Origin: Selaginella moellendorffii
Taxonomy: Eukaryota; Plantae; Lycopodiophyta
Direction: 5' to 3'
Assembly: GCF_000143415.4 (NCBI RefSeq)
Contig: NW_003314304.1
Span: forward strand, 1,292,841 to 1,356,840
Length of the DNA stretch: 64,000 nt
In this document: one piece after another, positions 41,311 through 51,557 of the stretch
Numbering within the stretch: the first letter of the stretch is position 1
Layout of the letters: each line of letters starts with the position of its first letter
Position numbers and translations under genes: made by a program
The notes under the pieces: model-generated
Databases searched by the model: none
Told to the model about the DNA's origin: nothing
The model's input: only the letters and a program-made list of their open reading frames with translations

Positions 41311-43783
41311 TCAATCACACAAAATAATCTTCCTCTTGGAAATCCTGGAAATGCACCTGAAACAAGTGTGACAATCCAAAGAAACTCTCAAGTTCTTCAT
41401 TACCCGGATGGTCGTCCCTGGCACAGTGCTGATCAATCCAAACGCAATCACCGACTTCTCGCTGTGATGCTTGACCATCTCTTCCTTTTGCTCCTGGCTG
41501 ACGTCGTGAAGAACACCGGTGGTATAAGGAACACATCCCAAATGATCACGCATCTCGCGTATCAACCTCTGCAAGAGTGAGAATCATCCCGCGACACGAA
41601 CTCGTGCACAGCATCGCCTACATAGATATTAGAAACCATCACAAACGGACCAGCACTCACCGATTCCGGAGCCACCTCGCGGAAGCTCTCCGCTACCCGA
41701 GGGCCTCTCTCAATGCTGCCCTGTGTCTTACAGTACACTTCATCTCGTGTATCAATCTCTGTAACTCCACCACAAGAATCATCCCGCGACACAAACTCGT
41801 GAAAAGCCATACATATTAGAAACCATCACAAACGGACCAGCACTCACCGATTCCGGAGCCACCTCGCGGAAGCTCTCCGCTACCCGAGGGCCTCTCTCAA
41901 TGCTGCCCTGTGTCTTACAGTACACTTCATCTCGTGTATCAATCTCTGTAACTCCACCACAAGAATCATCCCGCGACACAAACTCGTGAAAAGCCATACA
42001 TATTAGAAACCATCACAAACGGACCAGCACTCACCGATTCCGGAGCCACCTCGCGGATGCTCTCCGCTGCCCGAGAGCCCCTCTCGATGCTGCCGTGCGT
42101 CTTACAAGCTCCCAAGAAGAGCACCCACGCTACCGAGTCCGGCTCAAAGGGCATGTTGTTCAAGAGATCCTCGGCCTCGTCCAGCTTCCCGGCTCGCCCA
42201 AGCGCATCCACCATGCACCTATAGTGCGTCAACCTGGGGTTCTTCATCTCCACAAAGTTGTCGTAGGCCTCGTCCACGAGCCCAGCGTGGCTACACGTAG
42301 ACAAGAGCGTTCCATAAGTCACCTCGTTGGGCATCACCCCATCGAGAGCCATCCTCCGGAAGAGCTCCAGCGATTCTTCGCAGTGGCCGTGCTGGGAGTA
42401 AGCAGCGATGATCGACGTCCAGGCCACCACATTCTTCCTTTCCATGCTCTCAAACACCTCCCTTGCCTCGTCCAAGCCAGCACACTTCCCATACATGTAC
42501 ATGAGCGCTGTCTGGATCAAGAGGTCTCTGGCGAGCCCATAGTCGATGATACTGGCGTGGATTCTTCGTCCCTGGCCCAAGGCCGTGAGATTGGCGCTGG
42601 CTTCCAGCAAGCTAAGGAACGTCATGTTGTTGGATTCCAGTCCCTCTTCTTGCATCTCTCGGTAGAGCTCTAGCGCCTCTCGATAGAAGCCATTCTGTGC
42701 CAGGGTCGTGATCATCACGCTGCAGGAGATCGCTGTCCTGGGAGCGATGGAATCGAAGACTTGTCTGGCCTCTTCCACGCTGCCACACTTGGAGTACATG
42801 TTGACCAGGCTGTTCTTGAGAGATTCGTCCGTATGGAAGCCACTGGCAATGGCGCGACGGTGAAAGAGCCTCCCGGTACCGAGATTTCCCTGCCAGGAGC
42901 AAGAACAAGCCTCGATCAGTGCCAGGAATGTGATCTTGTTCGCTTGGAACGTACCTTCCAGCTCCAAGAGCCGAAATACCGCGATCGCGTCGGCGCCTCG
43001 GCCGTGCTGCGCGTAGGCCTCGATCATCGCGTTCCAGGAGACGATATTTCGGGCGGGCATGGCATCGAAGACCTCCCTGGCGCTGGCTATGGCGCCACAT
43101 CGCGCGTACGCGCTCACCACGGCCGTGGCGACGAGGACGTCGCGATCCATTCCAGCGGCAGTGATCTTCTCGACGATCGATCGCGCCTGGGCGAGGAGCT
43201 CCGGGGCGGCGCATGCCGATAGAGCATTCAAGAACGTAACCCTAGTGGCCTTGATACCGTGTAGCTCCATTTTCTTGAGGAGCTCCAGTGCCGCCATGGA
43301 TTGCCCATTCATGGCATTTGCTCCAATCCAGATGTTCCAGGAGAATACATTCTTCTCGTGGATCTCTTGGAACGCCGCGGCCGCCTCATCCAATCGCCCA
43401 CACCGTCCATACATATCCACCACGAGATTGCCAAGAAATCGGTCGTGTTCCAGCCGCATCGATCGAATGTGAGCGTGGACGAGCTTGCCCGCCGCGAGGG
43501 CATTGAGTCTGCCACATTCTTGGAGGAGCCAGGAGTAAGTCGAGAATTCGGCACGGGCGCCAGGCAGGAGATTGATCCTCACGGCATCGTGAAGCTCACG
43601 AATGCGAGGACGCGGCTCCCGGATCAAGGGCAGCGCGGGCTGATCAAATACGGCAGCTCCGCATTTGAGATCTTTCCCTCCAGGAGCTCCTGGAACAGAG
43701 AAGGGCATGGCTAGAACAATGGGTTTCTTCGATTGATCGAGATCTCGCAAGTGTAGCCTCGTGTGTAGGGCAGAAGAAGCCAT
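41311..43783 (-). pseudogene. PLS-E-DYW PPR gene: PPR part open (41966-43783), DYW part disconnected and degenerate
   Basis: The 605-aa PLS ORF stops inside a 187-bp repeat. Downstream: G.VP.T..VLHDV..EQKE....HHSEK, KNLRVSLDCH, and a stop after KIILCD. Confidence 0.8.
41582..42110. repeat. 187-bp tandem repeat, about 3 copies
   Basis: agaaaccatcacaaacgg recurs at 41631, 41818 and 42005. Confidence 0.92.
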
Positions 43784-44103
43784 TGAGCGGCGCTACTGCT
43801 GGAAATCAGAGGCGACTTCGCTGTGGGCATCAGTAAAGCACAGAGCGAAACCATTGATCGCTAGCGCTAGTTGCGATGCCAAGAATCGAGAGTATGAGCT
43901 TCCTGTAGTAGGGCAAAAGCACTGGAGCTCGCGATCGTCCCGTGAAGGAAGAACTACGGTTGTCTGGCCGCTGGACCATTGGTCCTTTGGATCTAGGAAC
44001 GAGCCACAGGGATGCGCGCTTAGGCGCCGCGCGGCACCCTCGCAGAGAGCATCGTTCCCAAGAACCCTAGATCCAATGGTGGAATTTAAAGCAACACCAG
44101 ACC

Positions 44104-45606
44104 ATGGCCGTCGATCTGGTCTCTTGTACGAATCTCGTCACTGCCCACTCCAGAAATGGCGACGTCCGGCAATGCAAAGATCTCTTCGACTCATTCCCAC
44201 ACCGTGATCTCGTCTTGTGGAATGCGATGCTATCGGCATATTCCCAGAACGGGCATCTGGAACAAGCGAAGTGGATATTCGAGGAGATGCCCGAGAGAAG
44301 CATCGTGTCGTGGAGCTCTATGCTGGCAGCGTACGCTGCCCAAGGAAGATTCCAATGCGCTCAAACAATATTCAATGAAATGCCGCAGAGAAACGTGGTC
44401 TCCTGGACCTCGCTCCTCTCCGCATATGCCCAGTATGGGCATATTCCCAAAGCAAAGAAGATATATTCCTCCATGCCGGAGTGGAATCTCGTCTCCTGGA
44501 CGTCGATGCTAGCCGCATTCTCTCAATCCGGCCACACACAAGAAGCCGAGAGAATATTCCACGAGATGCCCGTACGGAACCTTGTGTCGTGGAATTCCAT
44601 GCTCGCTGCGTACAGCCGGAGCTCCCAGTACGGCATCGAGGCGAAGGAGTTGTACGATCGGATGCCTGGCCACAATATCGTGGCCTGGTGCTCGATGCTC
44701 GTGGCGTACGGGCAACGGCGGGATGTTAATGGCTCGGAGGGGATATTCTTTTGGGCCATGCCCGAATGGAACCTTGTGTCGTACAATGCAATGCTGACTG
44801 TGTATGTCCACAATGGACGTGTTGAGAATGCAAAGTGCCTCTTTTCTCAAATGCCTCAAAGAGATTTAATCTCTTGGAGTTCTTTTCTTTTGGCATATGC
44901 CCATTCAGGGTATCTTGAGCCGGCTTTGGGAATATTTAACCAGATGCCCGAGTGGGATCTTGTTTCGTGGGGCACGATGCTCTCTCTTTACGGTCAGAAA
45001 GGTGAGGTTAATCGTGCGATGGAGATCTTTTACGAGATTCCGGAACGAAATGTGGCTTGCTGGAATTCTATCCTTGCGGCATATGCCCAAGTTGGCCATA
45101 GAGAAAGAACAAAAACGTTGTTTGATCGGATGCCCGAGAGGGATATAATCTCCTGGGGAACACTCTTGGCTTCTTATTCTTTCAGCGAAACAAAACTACC
45201 ATCTTCTTTTCAAGATGTTTCCACAAGTTTCGATCTACTCACAATGACCCGGCTCCCAGACGGGGCGTGCTTTGTCTCGCTCTTGGTGGCTTGCAGCGAT
45301 GGTGGCAAGATCTTCCAAGCTCGCCGCTACTTCGTCTCCATGATCCACGACTTTGGATTGAAACCCCAGAAGCAACACTACTGCTGCATCGTAGACTTGC
45401 TAGCTCGCGCTGGACGCTTTGATTCTGCGCTGGATCTTGTTAGAAACATGCCCTTTGTCCCTGATGCTTTGGAATGGACGTGTTTGCTCGTTTCTTCCAA
45501 GTGCCAACAACATAAACTTTTAGACAAACTCTTCGCAAAGAACACGAAGTTACTGGATGGTGGGTCTTTCGTTTTGCTCTCAAACGTGTGTACTACTCAG
45601 CTTTGA
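44104..45606 (+). CDS. PLS-class (SS-rich) PPR-E protein
   Basis: MPE(W/R)NLVSW repeats, HYCCIVDLLARAG, FVLLSNV. Confidence 0.9.
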   Translation: MAVDLVSCTNLVTAHSRNGDVRQCKDLFDSFPHRDLVLWNAMLSAYSQNGHLEQAKWIFEEMPERSIVSWSSMLAAYAAQGRFQCAQTIFNEMPQRNVVSWTSLLSAYAQYGHIPKAKKIYSSMPEWNLVSWTSMLAAFSQSGHTQEAERIFHEMPVRNLVSWNSMLAAYSRSSQYGIEAKELYDRMPGHNIVAWCSMLVAYGQRRDVNGSEGIFFWAMPEWNLVSYNAMLTVYVHNGRVENAKCLFSQMPQRDLISWSSFLLAYAHSGYLEPALGIFNQMPEWDLVSWGTMLSLYGQKGEVNRAMEIFYEIPERNVACWNSILAAYAQVGHRERTKTLFDRMPERDIISWGTLLASYSFSETKLPSSFQDVSTSFDLLTMTRLPDGACFVSLLVACSDGGKIFQARRYFVSMIHDFGLKPQKQHYCCIVDLLARAGRFDSALDLVRNMPFVPDALEWTCLLVSSKCQQHKLLDKLFAKNTKLLDGGSFVLLSNVCTTQL

Positions 45607-45848
45607 GTTGATGGCTTTCAAGAACACGGCCACGCGATCGTGGTTCGAACGCCATCTCCAGACACTCCAACTCGATAGTTTTCTTTCTCTTTGGGCAGCA
45701 CCAACAGACTATGGCGATAAGAAGATCCTCAAGAGACATTGGGTTACACGAAAGAGTGCTCCTTAGAACACTTTAAAAACCTCTTGAATCGATCCTTTTC
45801 GAAAAGGTTGGAGTTATTACCTTTGAAGTCTCTACCTTTTATCAATCG

Positions 45849-47041
45849 CTACATCTTGAGTAGCCTGTGAAAAATGGAAGCCGCAGTGATGCGAACTCGA
45901 AGATCCGAGATATCAATGTCGTGACCACCTTCAACCAGTCCCCATTTGGCAATCTGGAAGAAAAAAAGACCATCACAAATGCTATCACCCGAAAGGAAGA
46001 AAAAAGATTTTCGCCGTACCTGGAAGTCTTCATCCACGCGAATGGCTTTCATGGCTTTCTCCACGTCGAGGCGTCCGTCTATAATCGCCAAGGCGATGAC
46101 CAGAGAACGAGCGGAAGCAGTCAGTTGATCCACAGCCGAGAGTTCCCAGTTGTTAAAATCGCCGAGAATTTTCTTGTATGCGTCGAGTACTTCCTTGGGC
46201 TGTTTGCCGATCAAAATGCTCGACGTCACGGATGGCTTCGCTCCAATCTTTCCCTCGATCCATTTTACAAGAGGATCCCACTGCTGAGCCTGTTTGTCTA
46301 GGAAGAAACCAAGAAAAAAAACGGTGAGTGAATCTCGTTTCAAGTTTTCTGTATGACTTACGAGAGAGAGGCTCAGTCTCTGGAGCACGGCAGTAAACTG
46401 AGTCCGCGTGAGAATACTTGAGCAAATTCTCGATGACATTCTCTCTGAAATCTGGAAGTCGATCGATGGTAGTAGCGGCGAGCTTCATGAGCGGCATGGT
46501 AAACGGCCGGATTCCTGATTTGGTCTGGAAAAATGCCCCGATGTCAAATGGTGGTCACCAAGTCTGCAGTGGAGACTCGCATTTTAATAAACTCCAGGCA
46601 TTCCTCTCCTCTAAAAGTTCTATCTCAATCAACAAAGTTGCAAAGAAGTCTCTTTGGAAAAATTTCGCTCCCTTCCTCTCTCGCAAGAACTCAAGAAATT
46701 CCAAGAATTCAAACGGTGTGCTTGCTTACCTGCCACTCCCATTCCGCCGCGATCGCGAGCGCCAATCCGGGCGTTGGCACAGACACGGGATTCTTCTTGG
46801 GCGTCTTGAGCGTGAATCGATCCAGCATTACCACGTAATGCCCATCGTCGCTGGGGCGCATCCGAGCATGCTTGTAGAATCGCGGCCCGACGCTCCCGCC
46901 AGAGCCCGATCCCCCCGCCTTCTCTGGCAACTGGACGCTTTCCTCCTCCGCCGTGGAGGACCATCGCCTCGCCCATGCTGCCCCAAACCCTAACCCTAAC
47001 TTTCCAGGCCTCGTCCCGCCGGGCCGCAGTGCCAGCGCCAT
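45849..47041 (-). CDS. ATP12: Mitochondrial F1-ATPase assembly chaperone ATP12/ATPAF2 (multi-exon)
   Basis: RFYK, LKTPKK, LALAIAAEWEWQ, PFTMPLMKLA, QWDPLVKW, EDFQ|IAKWGLVEGGHDID. Confidence 0.92.
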
Positions 47042-47084
47042 CGCCAAAGCTTGAGCTTCGCTACATTTTTAAGTGGCTGCTCAG

Positions 47085-47172
47085 CCAGCGGTATATCCAC
47101 CCTACCAGCGGAATATCCACCACGCTAACGGAATGTACTCTTATATAGCGTCCTAGATGACGGAATATCCAC
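47085..47172. promoter_or_regulatory. Repeated CGGAATATCCAC motif in the ATP12/SPC25 bidirectional promoter
   Basis: ccagcggtatatccacc (47085), ccagcggaatatccacc (47105), ctaacggaatgtactc (47125), tgacggaatatccac (47158). Confidence 0.55.
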
Positions 47173-47208
47173 AGTGGGGTTTTTTGTTTGAAAGCCCCGA
47201 GCGAGGGA

Positions 47209-48245
47209 ATGGCGACCATGGCGGAGGGCGCCAGGGTTCGCAATCGCCACCAGCAGGTGATGGAGACTGTGCGATCGGCGCGCTCCAGGTTTGAGGCGTG
47301 GGAGCGATCTTGCGAGAAGCGCATGGACGAGCTCCAGGAGATGTCGAGATCTGTGAGCCGCGGCGGCCACGGTAAGCGATTTGTGTGTTCTCGTTTCCCC
47401 TAAATTTCTCGTCCGATCAGAGGAATCGGAGCAGCTCAAGCAGCATTTGCGTGAGATTAGCGAGCAAAAAATTCACAAAGAAAAAGGTCTGGTTTTCGAG
47501 AATTATTTTCCAATGGTGGTTGGAACTTTTCCACTGTACAGAAATTACTGCCCGGAAGCAGCAACACGAGACCTTGAAGAAGATGATCGAGCAAGCAAAC
47601 GAGAAGAAGATCTACCTTGCAAAACGCTTGGAGTTGCTGAAAGAACGACGAGAAGGTTGTGCTCACGTCGCTGAAGAATCCTTAAAAGGTACGTAGTTTC
47701 CAATTGTGCTCATAGAAATGACCATTTCTCTTGCACAGATCTGGAGGAGCGTGTGCGTCGCGTACAGCAGAAAGTAAATGCACAGAAGATCGCTCGCAAG
47801 TTTTACAACGACATTCTTGGCATCCGTGCAGACTTCGCGAGCGGTAAGTTCTTCCTCTTCTTCAATTTTTCTTCTCATCATCACATGAGAATATGAAAAA
47901 CTTTCAGGGATCAAGATCACCTTCACCAAAGTGAATGCAAAGAACCCGGATCACGAATACTCGTGCACAATCCGTCTAGACAAGCACACCAACAAATACG
48001 CCAGTAAGTTCTCTCTCTCTCTCTCGTTTTTTCTTCCAAACTCGACTAAAACAAGAGCATGATCAGTGCTGGACTGCGTCCCTTACGTGAAGAGAAGCGT
48101 CGATCTACTCGACGACCTCAACATCACCAACGAGTTCTTCGAGTTCCTGCGTTTGATGCGGCGGGAATTCGAGCGGCTGGCCGAGGAATCCGACGCTCGC
48201 AGCGTAAGGCTCAAAGATCTCCACACCTTTCAATCCGTCCAGTGA
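47209..48245 (+). CDS. SPC25: Kinetochore NDC80-complex subunit Spc25 (multi-exon)
   Basis: Coiled-coil exons, then FYNDILG, GIKITFTKVN..NPDHEYS, LNITNEFFEFLRLMRREF. Confidence 0.8.
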
Positions 48246-48610
48246 GACAAAGGTGTGGATCTTCTCTCTCCCTCTCTCATTCCTCTCTCTCTGTTTGGTT
48301 TTTCTAGAAAGCAGTGGCGGAGTGGTGCTCGAGCCAGCTCCAGACTGTTCAAACCAAAACCATAGCTTGAAAGAAAAAAGAGAAAAAAGGACGAGGTGCG
48401 AATATTCCCTGCTAACGTTCCTGAGGATCAGGGCATTTTCAATTTTATTTTTGGTGGGCAGTGGTGGACATGGCGCCAGATTCTTGCGCTCTGCTGCTAC
48501 TCTGGTCCCAGCCGCAAATCTTTGGATTCCAGCTCGCGATCCTGGTCTAGGGTTTTTCCCCGGGGAAGCAATGCAGGTAGATGGCAAGAGGGTCTAGATT
48601 GGCTTCTTCC

Positions 48611-48957
48611 ATGGAAGCCCAAGGGGAAGATCACCAAGTTAATGGCGACGCAGACTCTTCACAGCAGCAAGGCTCTTCTTCCTTGTCTCCATTTTCCACG
48701 GTAAGGAGCTCTTTTATTTCCTTCTTGGATTTTTATTTTTTCTTGGATTGCTTAATTGCTTCTATGGAACTTGCAGCTCAAGAGAGCTTACGATAAGATC
48801 TACGACAAGTACGAGAGAGACAAGGTAATCTCTTTTTTTTCTCGAGTTTGCGGAAAAGCTGATCTTGCTCTTTCTTTTTCTCTCTGTAGGCCAGGAGGAT
48901 CGAGAATGCTGAGAAGTTGTTTGAAGAGCACAAGTTACGCACTGCTGCTTACTCGAA

Positions 48958-49002
<45 letters not shown>

Positions 49003-49728
49003 TGTGATTTCCATTTAAACTTTGTCTTTCGTTTGTTCCAGCTACGGAGTCGCTAGTAGAGACACTCCGCGAAGAGAACGAAATGCTCCGGCACCTAGTA
49101 AAAGAGTCTCAAGTCGAAGAGACAATGGTAAGGTAAGAAAATCCATTTTCCATTTTCACTCACAATCTCCATTGTCTTTGGAATTCTTCCCTCCAGGTTG
49201 AAAGAGCTGGAGAAAGAGAATGCACTATACCGGAACCAGCTTCTCATGGCTCAAGCGAGGGGTAAGCTCAAAACGATCGTTTAGTTTTTCGTTTCTCATG
49301 GTGTTTCTCTAGACTGTCATTCTGACAGGACGAGAGAAGATCGCTACAGATTTCTCCAAAGACTGTTCGAGCTCTTGAGTGACATGCAAATAACCGAAGT
49401 AGAGGATGACAATTCAGCGGCATTTGTTTTCCTCCATCAATCCACAGGTGAATTTTCCTGCTTCTTTTTCTTCGTGTTGGCATCAACTTAAGATCGTTGC
49501 TTCGTTTTTTTCCTTCAACAAGGTCTCAAGTTCTCGCTGGAACCTGTTGTTGACCCCGACACTGCCCGGATTTGTGGTGGCGACAGAGAAGTGAAATTCA
49601 CGTCCTTGGCGCTTGGGTCACTGCGCTACATCGCTCCGGAATGGATGCGTGAGAGCATCACGTTTAGCATCAGCCAGGCTCCAGTTTTCTTCCGGAGGAT
49701 ACAAACAGTGACAAGAGGAAGGTCCTGA
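48611..49728 (+). CDS. TTN9: TITAN9-like protein (plant Csm1/monopolin-type RWD protein), multi-exon
   Basis: AYDKIYDKY, LVETLREENE, HQSTGLKFSL, LGSLRYIAPEWMRESITFS...PVFFRRI match the TITAN9 pattern as I recall it. Confidence 0.78.
48961..48997. repeat. Intronic (TC)n microsatellite directly at a splice donor
   Basis: aag|gtctctctct... with about 18 units. Confidence 0.9.
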
Positions 49729-50212
49729 CGAAAACGAAAACGAAAAAGTTACAAAAAGAAAGACAAAAGAGAATTTACTTCTTTCACGGTACTACACCGT
49801 TGTAAACTTACAAACTTTCCATCGCTTCGAGTTGATTTCCAATTCATTCTATCGCAAGCATGGAAGTGTAGTGTTCTGGATATGATATTTGCAACCTGTA
49901 TCAAAACAAGTGATCAAAATTGTAAACATAGATTCATTCGTATACCCGTGTGGGACACAAAACTTTTGTTCCCATCGCAGAGGCTGTCGATCGCTCCTGC
50001 TGTAGCAAATCTTTGAAGCAGCGAACCCGACACCCGCTCCTCCTGATCAAACAAAGCATTCGAAGTAGGTGATCAAATAAACCAGATGAGAATGGCACCA
50101 ACTTGCTTACCACGAGCTCCCGATGCGTTCTTCCAGCTATAAAATTCTCCACGCCCGGAGTTCTCCTTCGACACTGTCACCCAATTCGGTAAAGAAGAAA
50201 GGAGACTTAGAG

Positions 50213-51475
50213 ATGTCTGCTCTTACTTTTCTACTGTTCTTGGTCCCAGCTCTTGTCACCGCCATTGCTCCAGCTCCATCACCTCCTCCGCAGTGCAACT
50301 GCCTTCCAAATCCTCCACCCTCTGATCCTCACGCCTTCGGATTCTATCCCGTGACAATGGTGCTGCCACCCAATCCAAGCGCGAGCTCGCCAACTTTCGC
50401 TGCCACTATCACCTTCTTCCCAAACAACGAGCACGACAGCGACGAGGCCTTCACTCCCATTCCTCCACAGCTCGTCAATCTCACACTCGATTCCAGCTGC
50501 AACCAGATCATCCTCCCTTTCCAAGACTGCTACCGCCTGCGCTTGCAAGACACCTGCGCCGATCGATTCATTCGCTGCAACGCCACCACAGCCGCGTGTG
50601 GTTCCAGCGATGGCGAGATTGTCTTCCCCTCGCAAGCTCCACTCAAGCTCTCCTTCAACACCTCTCTTCCTCTCCCCGGCCTTGATCCATCCTCGGCCAC
50701 TGTCCCCATCCTCTGCTCTAGCGGAAGAAACCCGGGCCAAGGAGTCGCCGGACTCGCCCCCTATCGCCTCTCGCTCGTCGTCAACGTCCATCGCAGGCTG
50801 GAAGCTCTCAATCTCCGCAAGATCTTTGGCTACTGCCTGGGAAGACCTCGAGGATTCTTCTTCGTTGGCCAGCCCAACTACGTTTTTCCCAACACCACCA
50901 TCGCTCCCATGAGCTACATCCCAACGCTGCGCTGGGACGAAGACGTTCTTCCTGTTCTACACCTCACCGGCATGGCGATCCACGGCGGCGACGAATTCGG
51001 CAACGTCACGGCGCCGCTGGAAGAATCCGTGTTTGCCGAGGGCCTGGCGATTGGAACCGGGAGACGCTACCTGGCCCTCGTCGATCCGGCGTACCAGTGG
51101 CTGCGCAGCACGATGATGGCCATGGCCAATGCCTCCTCCCTGGTGCCGGCGCCGTCGCCCTTCCACGAGCTGGATCTGTGCTATACCCTAGCGCCCGACA
51201 TGACGATCGATGGGCATGGGCCGCTGCTGGAGCTCCGCTTCGCCGGGAACAAGAGCTGGACGATTGATCCCTTGAATTTCCTGGTGGAGACGCCCTCTCA
51301 CCTGGTGTGCCTGGGAGCCGTGAGCACTGGATCGTCCCAGGGCCTGTCCTCGCTTGGAACCCTAGCGCAAGAGGAGCTCATCGTGGAGTATAACTTTGAA
51401 GAGCAAATGGTGGGAGTCAGTGGATCGCTGCCACGTGTAGGGACGGGATGTGGCCAGCTCGGCTTCCCAAACTAG
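50213..51475 (+). CDS. Secreted A1 aspartic-protease-fold protein (TAXI/XEGIP/nepenthesin-like), probably non-catalytic
   Basis: Signal peptide from the ATG at 50213, LTLDSSC, GVAGL, FGYCL, AIGTG, LDLCY, CLG, LGTLAQEELIVEYN. Confidence 0.8.
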   Translation: MSALTFLLFLVPALVTAIAPAPSPPPQCNCLPNPPPSDPHAFGFYPVTMVLPPNPSASSPTFAATITFFPNNEHDSDEAFTPIPPQLVNLTLDSSCNQIILPFQDCYRLRLQDTCADRFIRCNATTAACGSSDGEIVFPSQAPLKLSFNTSLPLPGLDPSSATVPILCSSGRNPGQGVAGLAPYRLSLVVNVHRRLEALNLRKIFGYCLGRPRGFFFVGQPNYVFPNTTIAPMSYIPTLRWDEDVLPVLHLTGMAIHGGDEFGNVTAPLEESVFAEGLAIGTGRRYLALVDPAYQWLRSTMMAMANASSLVPAPSPFHELDLCYTLAPDMTIDGHGPLLELRFAGNKSWTIDPLNFLVETPSHLVCLGAVSTGSSQGLSSLGTLAQEELIVEYNFEEQMVGVSGSLPRVGTGCGQLGFPN

Positions 51476-51557
51476 TTAAAGGCTGTAGTTAACCTAATAA
51501 AAACATAGTTTAGTAATAGCATTAATAACTCTTAATCCGCCACCTTTTGGAGTTGTT

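Noticed and set aside
41582-42110. CRISPR-like array
   Set aside because: The units are full-length near-identical tandem copies of PPR coding DNA with no unique spacers, in a eukaryotic context.
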